53,905 nt of DNA from IMG/VR virus record IMGVR_UViG_3300009964_000006; one strand, 5' to 3'. The notes under the pieces were generated by a model, which saw only the letters and a program-made list of their open reading frames with translations, made no database searches and had not been told where the DNA came from. This DNA is from a virus. This document shows, piece by piece, positions 33,931-42,657 of the stretch (position 1 is the first letter of the stretch; each line of letters opens with the position of its first letter). The position numbers and the translations under genes were made by a program.

Positions 33931-34135
33931 GCTTTGGTGGCGGAATTGGTAGACGCTAAACTTAAGTCGGTGAGAAAGGGATATGGACGAGACCATTAGA
34001 ACAGAAGCCGTGTAAGCACCTCTAACATGGTATATCCCTATAAGTCAAGTGAAAATATTAAGACTTGTGCAACGCTTAGTTGGTAACGGCTAACACTTGA
34101 TATAATTCATGTAGGTTCGAATCCTGCCCAAAGCA
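33931..34135 (+). tRNA. Interrupted tRNA-like gene (type II/Leu-like arms) with an internal structured insertion of about 140 nt
   Basis: Acceptor GCTTTGG (33931..33937) pairs 7/7 with CCAAAGC (34128..34134). The D arm GCGGAATTGGTAGACGC is Leu-like. T arm GTAGG-TTCGAAT-CCTGC at 34111..34127. A possible anticodon loop CTTAAGT (UAA) lies at 33961..33967, but no 3' anticodon-stem strand follows. The insert contains an 8-bp stem (33977..33984 / 34032..34039) and others. Confidence 0.5.
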
Positions 34136-34235
34136 CGAATCTTAGTGATTCATACCAGCGCACGGAAGGATAGACGTGTGGAACGAGCTGGACACGTAAG
34201 TTTCGTAGTTCTGACTATCGGGAAAGACCGATAAA

Positions 34236-34306
34236 CGATGTATAGTGTAATGGTAGCACAACAGATTTTGGTTCTGTCAGTGGTGGTTCGAGTCCGCCTA
34301 CATTGA
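34236..34306 (+). tRNA. tRNA-Gln (anticodon TTG)
   Basis: Hand-folded cloverleaf: acceptor CGATGTA/TACATTG, D stem GTGT/GCAC, anticodon stem ACAGA/TCTGT with loop TTTTGGT, T arm GGTGG-TTCGAGT-CCGCC. 71 nt with no encoded CCA. Confidence 0.8.
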
Positions 34307-34321
34307 CTTAAATTTATAATT

Positions 34322-34774
34322 ATGGAAAGAATAACATCAGCAACTATTTTTAAAGCATTTGACGGAACAATTTTTGAATCGGAAATAAAATGCAAAGAAT
34401 ACGAGAAGAAGAGGAAAGAGTTTTTGAATAGGATAAAATTCTTTTTGGTAAAACATTCTCCTGATTTGACGGAAACAGGACTTTTTACAAATGGTTTGCT
34501 TGTAGCCGTTTATTCAATAGAGGGATTGCATCGAGAGATAGTGAACAACTATTGCATCAAAAGATTTGGATATTTAGGAGAATCTGTGCAAGGGTATAGA
34601 TTTCAGACCTATTTCAGTGTTTCATCGATAGACTTTGAAACATATATGAGCGGTGTAATTGTGGAATGGAGAGGTAAACGACGTTGCGATAAAATCCTCC
34701 TTAGTCCAAATGAGCTTGACGAGTTCAAAGGCATAGAAAGGTTTGATTATATGAAAGAATGGGGATTTAAATAA
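34322..34774 (+). CDS. Hypothetical protein (150 aa)
   Basis: Track ORF with ATGA-type coupling to the next gene. Confidence 0.55.
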   Translation: MERITSATIFKAFDGTIFESEIKCKEYEKKRKEFLNRIKFFLVKHSPDLTETGLFTNGLLVAVYSIEGLHREIVNNYCIKRFGYLGESVQGYRFQTYFSVSSIDFETYMSGVIVEWRGKRRCDKILLSPNELDEFKGIERFDYMKEWGFK

Positions 34775-35229
34775 TGCCATACTATATCAAGAAAATGAAA
34801 ACAGACAAACCAAAGAAACGGCAAGCAAGCCAAGCTACTTTGGTAAAGAAGCTGGATAAGGTCTTTGGTCAGTATATAAGGCTTAGGGACGCTTTTCCTA
34901 ATGAGACGTTTCGCTGCATATCGTGTGGAAAGATAAAGCCATACGAGCAATCCGATTGTGGGCATTTTCATTCGAGAAGACACATGTCTACTCGCTTCGA
35001 TGAGGAGAATTGCAATAGTGAATGTCGTTTCTGCAACAGGTTTTCAGCCGACCACCTCATCGGTTATCGTGAGAACCTTATCCGAAAGATAGGAATGCAG
35101 CGATTTCAATTATTAGAAGTCAAGGCACGCAGCACAAAGAAGTGGTCGTGTTGGGAATTAGAGGAACTTATTAAATACTACTCAATATTAGTTAAGAAAT
35201 TGAGTGATGAGAAAGGTATAAGGATATGA
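34774..35229 (+). CDS. ninG: NinG/Rap-like recombination endonuclease
   Basis: FRCISCGKIKPYEQSDCGHFHSRRHMSTRFDEENCNSECRFCN matches the NinG Cys/His signature. Confidence 0.7.
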   Translation: MPYYIKKMKTDKPKKRQASQATLVKKLDKVFGQYIRLRDAFPNETFRCISCGKIKPYEQSDCGHFHSRRHMSTRFDEENCNSECRFCNRFSADHLIGYRENLIRKIGMQRFQLLEVKARSTKKWSCWELEELIKYYSILVKKLSDEKGIRI

Positions 35230-36398
35230 TGTATAAACTTCGTGATTATCAACAAAAGGCTTCCGATACAGCGGTAGCCTTTTTTAATGATAAGAAAGCA
35301 AAGTATAACGCTATTATGGTGATGCCTACGGGTTGTGGGAAATCATTGGTGATAGCTGACATTGCAAATAGACTGCAAGGACATACGCTTGTCTTTCAGC
35401 CGTCAAAGGAAATCCTGGAACAAAACTACAAGAAACTATGCTCCTATGGGATAATTGATTGTGGTGTGTATTCAGCATCATTTAATTCAAGAAATATCAA
35501 CCGAATAACCTTTGCAACAATAGGAAGCGTAATAAGACATATAGATGACTTTCAGCATTTCAATAACGTAATCATAGACGAATGTCACTTTGTTAATGCA
35601 AAGGGTGGTATGTATGAAGAATTTATCCACGCTACGGGGTGCAAGGTGTTAGGGCTTACCGCCACTCCTTACAGGCTAAGCTCAAGCAGCTTTGGCGCAA
35701 TGCTAAAGTTCCTTACTCGTACCCGTCCAATGATATTTTCAAAGGTTATCTATCAAGTGCAAATATCGACATTACTCGATATGGACTTTCTTTCAAAGAT
35801 AGATTACTTCCAAATGAACCCATTAGGGTGGGACGAGAATAACCTGCAAAAAAAATCAACGGGTGCTGACTATACGGATAAATCAGTAGAAGCAGAGTAT
35901 AATAGAATTGACTTCTACGGCTATTTAGTCAGCATCGTGAAACGACTACTTTGCCCAAAGCGTGGCGGAGCAAGGAAAGGCATATTAGTCTTTACTCGCT
36001 TTCTGAAAGAGGCTGAACGACTGACACAAAGCATTGATTGCTGCGAAATGGTATCGGGAACAACGCCAAAGGCAGAACGTGAACGCATATTAAACGACTT
36101 TAAGAACGGTAAGATAAAGGTTGTTGTGAATGTAGGAGTATTGACAACAGGCTTTGATTACCCTGAACTTGATACGGTGGTTATGGCACGCCCTACGATG
36201 TCGCTTGCCATGTACTATCAGATAGTAGGTAGGGAGATTCGACCATATAAGGATAAACAAGCGTGGTTTGTAGACCTTTGCGGAAATATTAACCGATTTG
36301 GCAAGGTTGAGGACTTGAAGCTCATTGACACCAATGATAAAGGCAAATGGGCGGTGTTCAGTAATGGTAAACAATTAACAAATGTGATATTTCAATAA
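35226..36398 (+). CDS. SF2 DEAD/DEAH-box DNA helicase
   Basis: Walker A MPTGCGKS, DEAH-type box IIDECHF, motif III LGLTATP. Confidence 0.8.
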   Translation: MMYKLRDYQQKASDTAVAFFNDKKAKYNAIMVMPTGCGKSLVIADIANRLQGHTLVFQPSKEILEQNYKKLCSYGIIDCGVYSASFNSRNINRITFATIGSVIRHIDDFQHFNNVIIDECHFVNAKGGMYEEFIHATGCKVLGLTATPYRLSSSSFGAMLKFLTRTRPMIFSKVIYQVQISTLLDMDFLSKIDYFQMNPLGWDENNLQKKSTGADYTDKSVEAEYNRIDFYGYLVSIVKRLLCPKRGGARKGILVFTRFLKEAERLTQSIDCCEMVSGTTPKAERERILNDFKNGKIKVVVNVGVLTTGFDYPELDTVVMARPTMSLAMYYQIVGREIRPYKDKQAWFVDLCGNINRFGKVEDLKLIDTNDKGKWAVFSNGKQLTNVIFQ

Positions 36399-37153
36399 TG
36401 AAAGATATAGAGATTTACAATGATAGCTTCCAAAACTATAAATCGTATCAGATACCAAAGGCGCAACTAATACTTACAGATGTTCCTTACAATCTCGGCA
36501 ATAACGCCTATGCGAGCAACCCTACTTGGTACGAAGGTGGCAATAATAAGAATGGAGAAAGTGAGAAAGCTGGCAAGAAATTCTTTTCTTCGGAGAATGA
36601 ATTTAGACCTGCCGAATTTATGCACTTCTGTTCAAAAATGCTGATAAAAGAGCCAAAAGAAGCAGGGAAAGCACCTTGTATGATATTGTTTTGCGAATAT
36701 GAACAACAATTCCAATTTATTGAATTAGGAAAGAAATATGGACTTATGCACTATATTCCTTTGGTCTTTCGCAAGAACTATTCGCCACAGGTATTAAAGG
36801 CGAATATGAAGATTGTAGGTAATTGCGAATATGGACTACTTCTTTATCGTGATAAATTGCCAAAATTCAACAATAATGGACAGATGATTTTTAACTGCAT
36901 GGAATATCCGCGAGATACAAGTACTCTAAGAGTGCACCCTACACAGAAGAGCGTACCACTACTTGAAAGGTTAATCGAAATATTCACAGATAAAGGAGAT
37001 GTAGTTATAGATCCTTGTGCAGGCAGTGGAACGACCTTGTTAGCTGCGGCTAATCTTGAAAGAAAGGCATATGGCTTTGAAGTGAATAGACAATTCTGCA
37101 AAGACGCAGAAACCAAAGTTCTAAGACGGATACAGAAAAAAATATTTATCTAA
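36398..37153 (+). CDS. DNA methyltransferase (beta-class N6A/N4C type)
   Basis: Motif IV-like TDVPYN near the N-terminus and motif I VIDPCAGSGTT near the C-terminus. Confidence 0.75.
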   Translation: MKDIEIYNDSFQNYKSYQIPKAQLILTDVPYNLGNNAYASNPTWYEGGNNKNGESEKAGKKFFSSENEFRPAEFMHFCSKMLIKEPKEAGKAPCMILFCEYEQQFQFIELGKKYGLMHYIPLVFRKNYSPQVLKANMKIVGNCEYGLLLYRDKLPKFNNNGQMIFNCMEYPRDTSTLRVHPTQKSVPLLERLIEIFTDKGDVVIDPCAGSGTTLLAAANLERKAYGFEVNRQFCKDAETKVLRRIQKKIFI

Positions 37154-37732
37154 ATGATAAAACTTGATGACAAGTTTACAATTCGATATTCCCCCCACGA
37201 GCAGCTTGTAATGTTACGGCTAATCGTGGGGGCTGACGATGACGGCATTTCACGCACAAGTTATCGAAATCTTGCAAATGATTGCGGATTGTCCCTACAA
37301 ACTTGTAGGAATGTTTTATCCTCACTTGCTAATAAAGGAGATATAGACACGATTGCCAACAAAAAAGGGACATTCTTTGTCGTGAATAGGTGTGATGATT
37401 ATCGCTTTGGTAAGAAGAAAGCCAACGAGCAATCAAAGCAGGTTTTAACGTCTTTACAAGCAAAATGTAATGACCGAGAGAAAGCGTTTGAAAAGAGCCT
37501 TATCCCTTTTGTTTTTCCACGTGGTGGCACTTATGAGCCTACGATGATACGTGCTTTCTTTAACTATTGGACAGAAAGAAACAAATCAGGAACCAAGATG
37601 CGCTTTGAACTTGAAAAGACGTGGGAAACGTCAAAGAGGTTACAAACGTGGGCAAGCAGGGAGAAAGTACCAAAGAGTACCACCGCCCTCAAATCATCTG
37701 AAATGAATTACGATAAAGATAGTGATTGGTAA
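37154..37732 (+). CDS. Winged-HTH replication-associated protein (possible replisome organiser)
   Basis: SYRNLANDCGLSLQTCRNVLSSLANKGDI is wHTH-like. It lies immediately upstream of the DnaC-like ATPase. Confidence 0.5.
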   Translation: MIKLDDKFTIRYSPHEQLVMLRLIVGADDDGISRTSYRNLANDCGLSLQTCRNVLSSLANKGDIDTIANKKGTFFVVNRCDDYRFGKKKANEQSKQVLTSLQAKCNDREKAFEKSLIPFVFPRGGTYEPTMIRAFFNYWTERNKSGTKMRFELEKTWETSKRLQTWASREKVPKSTTALKSSEMNYDKDSDW

Positions 37733-38317
37733 ATGGAACAAATAAATTTTAAAGCAACCATAGATAGGTTGCGAGATACAACGTATAAGCCGCTACCTGA
37801 CAAAGTGCAAATCAGTATACCAAATGCAGGAACGCACCTTAAAGGAGGATTAAAATACTTCTGTGGTGATGGTGTAAAGTGGAATACTGACTATGAAAAG
37901 ATAGTCCAGTGGCTCACTGACAACAAAGGAAAAGGCTTAATGCTCGTTGGGAGTTGTGGTGTGGGTAAGACATTAATAGGTATGAGAATCATTCCTTTAC
38001 TTCTTAACCACTATTGCAGAAAGGTGGTAACAATCTGCACGGCAAACGAACTCAACAAGTCTCCCGATGAGATTATTAAATACCACATTATCTATATTGA
38101 CGATGTGGGGACAGAGGATATTTCTAATATCTACGGAAACAAGCGTGTGCCATTTGCAGAGTTGGTTGATATGGCTGAACGTGATGGCAAGTTACTGATG
38201 TTCTCCACCAACTTAGATGAAGACCATTTAAAAGCTAAATATGGTGATAGGGTGATTGATAGGCTTCACGCTATCACAAGAAGAGTAACAATAACTGGTA
38301 AAACAAACAGAAAATAA
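37733..38317 (+). CDS. DnaC/IstB-like AAA+ ATPase (helicase loader)
   Basis: Walker A LVGSCGVGKT and Walker B IIYIDDVG. Confidence 0.7.
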   Translation: MEQINFKATIDRLRDTTYKPLPDKVQISIPNAGTHLKGGLKYFCGDGVKWNTDYEKIVQWLTDNKGKGLMLVGSCGVGKTLIGMRIIPLLLNHYCRKVVTICTANELNKSPDEIIKYHIIYIDDVGTEDISNIYGNKRVPFAELVDMAERDGKLLMFSTNLDEDHLKAKYGDRVIDRLHAITRRVTITGKTNRK

Positions 38318-38327
38318 AAGCAAAGTT

Positions 38328-38678
38328 ATGAAAACAAAAACTATAAACAAATTATGCGCCTCTTATATGGAGGATGCAAGAGGACTTAAGAGAAATTTTC
38401 CTAATAGGGAACTTGTTTTGTGTCTAATTGAAAATGCTTATAGAGCAGGTATAGAAGATGCCTGCAAAGGTATAAAGCCGTTAGACTGGACGGTTAAAAG
38501 GTATGAAATGTCGGCTTGCACGTTTGTAGGTCTATTTATAATCCGTCCGATTTTAAAAGGAGGATTTGATGTAGAGTGCAACGGCAGAACTTTGTGTACT
38601 CGTCTTACATTATCAAAGGCGAAAGCGTTTGCGAATAAGATTTATAAACAGAAAATTAGGGAAAGGTTGGGACTATGA
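38328..38678 (+). CDS. Hypothetical protein (116 aa)
   Basis: Track ORF. Confidence 0.5.
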   Translation: MKTKTINKLCASYMEDARGLKRNFPNRELVLCLIENAYRAGIEDACKGIKPLDWTVKRYEMSACTFVGLFIIRPILKGGFDVECNGRTLCTRLTLSKAKAFANKIYKQKIRERLGL

Positions 38679-39064
38679 AGCAGAAAGATTTAGCCGATGA
38701 GTATGCAGAGAAAGAGTACAAACGGGTAAACGGAGATAGTGCTCCCATCTTTACAGATGAGACCTGTTTTACTTTTGACGACATCAAAGCAGCTTTTAGT
38801 GCAGGGCGTGAGAGCGTGGTGGAGAAAGCGTCAGAATTAGAGTGGGAGGATATTGGCATATACGGAGAAAAAGCAAGGTATATTAATGTATGCAGAGCGC
38901 ATAAACCATTAGAAGAGTACCTAATTCAAGAATGGTTTTGTCCTAAAAATATAAAGCTACACTGTAATGATTTTACAAAGAATGGTTTTAAGAATATCGA
39001 AGAAGCAAAAGCGTATGCAAAGGAGGCGTATAAACGAAGAATTGAACAAGTATTAGAATTATGA
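38675..39064 (+). CDS. Hypothetical protein (129 aa)
   Basis: Track ORF with ATGA overlaps on both sides. Confidence 0.55.
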   Translation: MKQKDLADEYAEKEYKRVNGDSAPIFTDETCFTFDDIKAAFSAGRESVVEKASELEWEDIGIYGEKARYINVCRAHKPLEEYLIQEWFCPKNIKLHCNDFTKNGFKNIEEAKAYAKEAYKRRIEQVLEL

Positions 39065-39237
39065 CAATATTAGAGTTACAAAAGGAACTTCAAGAAATGT
39101 ACGAAAAGTACGGAAATGTCGAAGTGGTTACTGAAGATACAGATTGGACTGGTGTTGAAAGATACTATGATGAAATCTTTATAGTAAAAAATGTAAAGTA
39201 CAACAGCAGCATAGCTGTTGCGCTGGCAAACAGTTAA
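39061..39237 (+). CDS. Small hypothetical protein (58 aa)
   Basis: Hand-found ORF MTILELQKELQEMYEKYGNVEVVTEDTDW..., with ATGA overlap to the previous gene. Confidence 0.45.
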   Translation: MTILELQKELQEMYEKYGNVEVVTEDTDWTGVERYYDEIFIVKNVKYNSSIAVALANS

Positions 39238-39240
39238 GAT

Positions 39241-39393
39241 ATGATAAAAGAATTATCGCTACTATTTGGCGTTTGCTTTTGTAAATTGGGATATAATGTG
39301 GGTAGCATACGTTGGTGTGATTGCGAGATTGCTTTTTATATTGCTTTTTGTGGCATTCTTTCTTATGTTCTCAGCGGTTTATTTAGAGATTAA
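39241..39393 (+). CDS. Small Cys-rich/hydrophobic protein (50 aa)
   Basis: Hand-found ORF MIKELSLLFGVCFCKLGYNVGSIRWCDCEIAFYIAFCGILSYVLSGLFRD. Confidence 0.35.
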   Translation: MIKELSLLFGVCFCKLGYNVGSIRWCDCEIAFYIAFCGILSYVLSGLFRD

Positions 39394-39419
39394 AGATAAA
39401 TCTTAAAGATTAAAACAGT

Positions 39420-39662
39420 ATGGTATCAATATCAGACATTCAAAATGGTTCGTATCATTGGGGAACGGAAGTTTCTCACGCTAATAATATAGAAAGTGCA
39501 TACGATTTTATAGAAAATGAGTTACCGCAAAATGTAGATGTTTATTTCCAAGATGAAAACTATTTGGTATTTATATTTGAAGATGGTAAGTATTATTCTG
39601 TAACCATATTCGGTGATGGTGATTTTACTCACCATCAAGCTAATTTTGAATTTATAAAATAA
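39420..39662 (+). CDS. Hypothetical protein (80 aa)
   Basis: Track ORF. Confidence 0.5.
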   Translation: MVSISDIQNGSYHWGTEVSHANNIESAYDFIENELPQNVDVYFQDENYLVFIFEDGKYYSVTIFGDGDFTHHQANFEFIK

Positions 39663-39668
39663 ATAGTT

Positions 39669-39851
39669 ATGAACGGAATAACAATTAACGATAAGCAGTA
39701 TATATTCACAACTGAAAGCAAAGACTGTAAAGACTGTGTATTCTATGAAAAAGATTATTGCGGAATAATTTGCGACGGAATGGAAAAACTTTCTTTCGGT
39801 CCTAATGGTGGTAAGAGTGGAGTGTTTAAAGAACTAAAAATAGAAAAGTAA
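39669..39851 (+). CDS. Hypothetical Cys-containing protein (60 aa)
   Basis: Track ORF with CKDCVFYEKDYCGIIC. Confidence 0.45.
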   Translation: MNGITINDKQYIFTTESKDCKDCVFYEKDYCGIICDGMEKLSFGPNGGKSGVFKELKIEK

Positions 39852-39852
39852 T

Positions 39853-40362
39853 ATGATTGTAAGAAAAATAAAAGCGTATTTTGAGGAACGCAAAGAGAGA
39901 AAGCGCATATCAGAACAATATGCGTTGGAAAAGAAATGTGTGGAATATTTTGATAAATCCGTCCCCCGATGGACGGGGAGTTTGGAAGAATTGATAGGCA
40001 GCACACCATTGCCCGAAAAAGAGATATACTTGCTTGGGAAATTTAAGAAAGATAGTTTTCCATTGCAGGCAGTAAGGCTTCATCGTTCTTGGTGGAATGA
40101 ACGACCAATGTTATCTTACGGAGATTACTCTTGCCATTCTACGTATGAATGGCTGACATCAGTTGAGAATTTTCCTAATGAACTGTGGTTTTCTACTGAA
40201 GATTATCCACGTCCAACACGTCCCACGTTGCTTTTATGCGAGTATAACTCTGGACATTACGAGGTGGTCGAGTATACAGATAAAACGTGGGTAACAGAGT
40301 TATGTTTCCCTGTAAAGCCTACACGCTACTTTGTCCTTGATTTCTTAGCTGAAAATAAATAA
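39853..40362 (+). CDS. Hypothetical protein (169 aa)
   Basis: Track ORF. Confidence 0.55.
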   Translation: MIVRKIKAYFEERKERKRISEQYALEKKCVEYFDKSVPRWTGSLEELIGSTPLPEKEIYLLGKFKKDSFPLQAVRLHRSWWNERPMLSYGDYSCHSTYEWLTSVENFPNELWFSTEDYPRPTRPTLLLCEYNSGHYEVVEYTDKTWVTELCFPVKPTRYFVLDFLAENK

Positions 40363-40380
40363 CTAAAACATAAAAGTAAT

Positions 40381-40701
40381 ATGAAGAAACTAATTTTATT
40401 ATCAGTATTAGCATTTGTAGTCAGTTCTTGTGGCTATGAGATTAGAAAGAAGCCAGAGCCTCCTAAGCCAAAGCTGACAAAGGAGCAGATACGAAAGCTG
40501 GAATATGAACAACGATTGAAAGACTACGAAGTACAGTTCTTATTTGAGTGTAATGGAGTAAAGGTTTATCGGTTTATAGACGGCAGAGAAGTGATTTATT
40601 TCACAGATGCAAATGGAATGACACGCTATCAATACACCACGAGAGCTGGTCTAGTTGGTTATCAAACACATAGGGTACAATCTATTAACACAAGGAGGTA
40701 G
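40381..40701 (+). CDS. Lipoprotein
   Basis: MKKLILLSVLAFVVSSCGYE is a signal peptide with lipobox VSSC. Confidence 0.6.
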   Translation: MKKLILLSVLAFVVSSCGYEIRKKPEPPKPKLTKEQIRKLEYEQRLKDYEVQFLFECNGVKVYRFIDGREVIYFTDANGMTRYQYTTRAGLVGYQTHRVQSINTRR

Positions 40702-40704
40702 ATT

Positions 40705-40992
40705 ATGATAGTATATATTAATTTATTTATCGCTTTGGCTTTTTCGTTTGTTTGTTTAGGTCTTTCAAAAATAATTACAGAGTATATAAAGCTAAACAAG
40801 CGGATAGATAATTTGTTTGCTAATCAACGAATGATGTATAAATATCAACTGTTTTCGTTGTTGGCGAATATGAGAAATTTAAAGACATTGGCTATTATAC
40901 AGGAGGAATACGAGATTGCAAATAGCATACAAGAGAATATAAAAGGAATAGAGGAAGTGTTGAAAGAGTATGAACAGAGAAATAATATTTAG
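40705..40992 (+). CDS. Single-TM membrane protein (95 aa)
   Basis: N-terminal hydrophobic segment MIVYINLFIALAFSFVCLGL. Confidence 0.5.
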   Translation: MIVYINLFIALAFSFVCLGLSKIITEYIKLNKRIDNLFANQRMMYKYQLFSLLANMRNLKTLAIIQEEYEIANSIQENIKGIEEVLKEYEQRNNI

Positions 40993-41371
40993 AGGTAAGG
41001 ACTTTTTGAAAGAAGAGTGGGTGTATGGAGATTTAGTTAAGACTAAAAACTTCGTTGCAATTAAGAGAACTAATGGTGATTATTTTCACCCAACTCAAGT
41101 ATCACCCAACACTGTGGGACAATACACAGGACTGAAAGACAAGGACGGCAGGGAAATTTACGAGGGGGATATACTCCAATATATTGGGAAAAGAAGAGAT
41201 AATATGAATAAAGTATATCGTCGAAAGGTTGTCTTTCATGAGGGAATGTTTGCCTTGCTATCGAAAGAATTACAGGCATATTCTGCATTAAAGCACCACT
41301 GTATGGAAGATGGCAGGTTCGCATGGCGTGTGATTGGTAATGTCCACGATAACCCCGAGCTAATGAAATAA
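40970..41371 (+). CDS. YopX-family protein
   Basis: IIFRGK...WVYGDLV...TVGQYTGLKDKDGREIYEGDIL is the YopX signature. Confidence 0.65.
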   Translation: MNREIIFRGKDFLKEEWVYGDLVKTKNFVAIKRTNGDYFHPTQVSPNTVGQYTGLKDKDGREIYEGDILQYIGKRRDNMNKVYRRKVVFHEGMFALLSKELQAYSALKHHCMEDGRFAWRVIGNVHDNPELMK

Positions 41372-41376
41372 AGCGT

Positions 41377-41517
41377 ATGAAAAGACTAATCCCTAAGAAT
41401 TGCACCCACCCTATTTGCCATTGTGCAGATGGGGTGGATACGATAGACTGCTGGACGTTCCTTAATGAAAGATTTGAGGAGTGTCCAAATATTAATTGTG
41501 AATGTTATAAAAAATAA
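41377..41517 (+). CDS. Small Cys-rich protein (46 aa)
   Basis: Hand-found ORF MKRLIPKNCTHPICHCADGVDTIDCWTFLNERFEECPNINCECYKK. Confidence 0.4.
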   Translation: MKRLIPKNCTHPICHCADGVDTIDCWTFLNERFEECPNINCECYKK

Positions 41518-41520
41518 TAT

Positions 41521-41667
41521 ATGGACGAATTAAGAAGAGAATATATCATTCCTGTGCATTTAAATCATGTAGAAATGATTGATTGCAGTTATCTACCCAA
41601 CAAAAAGAGTAAATCACGTGCAGGGTCAGCACCTTACGCAAGTAAGAGAAAAAAACGTAAAAAGTAA
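41521..41667 (+). CDS. Small basic-tailed protein (48 aa)
   Basis: Hand-found ORF MDELRREYIIPVHLNHVEMIDCSYLPNKKSKSRAGSAPYASKRKKRKK. Confidence 0.35.
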   Translation: MDELRREYIIPVHLNHVEMIDCSYLPNKKSKSRAGSAPYASKRKKRKK

Positions 41668-41672
41668 ATATT

Positions 41673-42344
41673 ATGAAGATAAATAATGAAGCGGAACTGC
41701 TAAATAAGTTCTGCAATAAAAGCAATTCTAACAATTTGCGCCCCTATCCATTTCTCAATACGAGGTACAACGAGGTATGGAGTACTGATGGGTATACTCT
41801 CATTAGGATAAACCCCGAAATTCTTGTTGGTGAATATATTAAAGAGCGTTTGCCAATGCCTAACTTAGAATATCCTTGTGAAAAGACTATCACCATTAAG
41901 GCATTAAGCAAAGCATTAGAGGCGTGTCCTTTGGTTGATGAAGAAGTTGTAATACAAGACGATGTAAAATGTGAGGAATGCGATGGTACAGGAGAGGTGT
42001 ATTGGGAATACAAGGACAATCACTTGAACACTCACGAGCGCTTGATGGATTGCCCTATATGCGATGGCACAGGCGAAATGGAACACGAGAAGACGAAGAA
42101 AACGGGTAAGAAAATTATTGCAGACGATGCCGTCATTGAAGTGGGAGATGCTTATATCTTTGCTAAGTATCTTCAAACTCTAAAGCAGGCAATGGATTTT
42201 CTTAACATTGCGTCTGTTAAGATAACACACAACTCACCTAAAGGTGCAAATGAGTTTGTTGTAAATGACGATATACGCATCGTTATTGCGAGTATGCTCT
42301 TTGACTATTCAAATGAATGCAATGCAGAATTAGAATTAAGATAA
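41673..42344 (+). CDS. Protein with a DnaJ-type CxxCxGxG zinc-finger insert and beta-clamp-like flanking segments (tentative)
   Basis: CEECDGTGE and CPICDGTGE repeats. WSTDGYTLIRI and IEVGDAYIFAKYLQTLKQAMDFL...IRIVIASM resemble sliding-clamp domain motifs. By eye only. Confidence 0.5.
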   Translation: MKINNEAELLNKFCNKSNSNNLRPYPFLNTRYNEVWSTDGYTLIRINPEILVGEYIKERLPMPNLEYPCEKTITIKALSKALEACPLVDEEVVIQDDVKCEECDGTGEVYWEYKDNHLNTHERLMDCPICDGTGEMEHEKTKKTGKKIIADDAVIEVGDAYIFAKYLQTLKQAMDFLNIASVKITHNSPKGANEFVVNDDIRIVIASMLFDYSNECNAELELR

Positions 42345-42369
42345 TAACAATTAAAAGAAAAGTAAAAAT

Positions 42370-42558
42370 ATGGAAAGAAAAATTATTGAAAATGGAACAA
42401 CTTTTAGGTGGCACAATTCGAAAGAGGAGCTTCCAAACCTTAAGAACGAAAACGACACACTTACTTGTGTTGTCAAACGTAATGGGGCCTGTCTCTTAGT
42501 GTATGGAACCAATATTACCAAGTATGGGACGATGAATTTGGCGACGATTGCGAAATGA
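42370..42558 (+). CDS. Hypothetical protein (62 aa)
   Basis: Track ORF. Confidence 0.45.
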   Translation: MERKIIENGTTFRWHNSKEELPNLKNENDTLTCVVKRNGACLLVYGTNITKYGTMNLATIAK

Positions 42559-42657
42559 GCAAGGAAACAGAACTTGAATGGTTTTCTCTTGATACGATGG
42601 AGGAAAGTGAAATTATTAAATTATAAGCAGGAGGGAATATATTAAAATTAAGAATTG

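Noticed and set aside
33961-34110. Reading the tRNA insert as a tmRNA-like tag ORF (GCA CCT CTA ... GGC TAA, 25 codons)
   Set aside because: The locus is far shorter than a tmRNA, retains a full D arm, and the putative tag lacks the hydrophobic ALAA-type ending. It is kept only as a remote alternative within the tRNA-like finding.
34150-34395. 81-aa minus-strand ORF overlapping the tRNA region
   Set aside because: It is antisense to a well-folding tRNA-Gln and the hairpin-rich spacer, and its composition is implausible.
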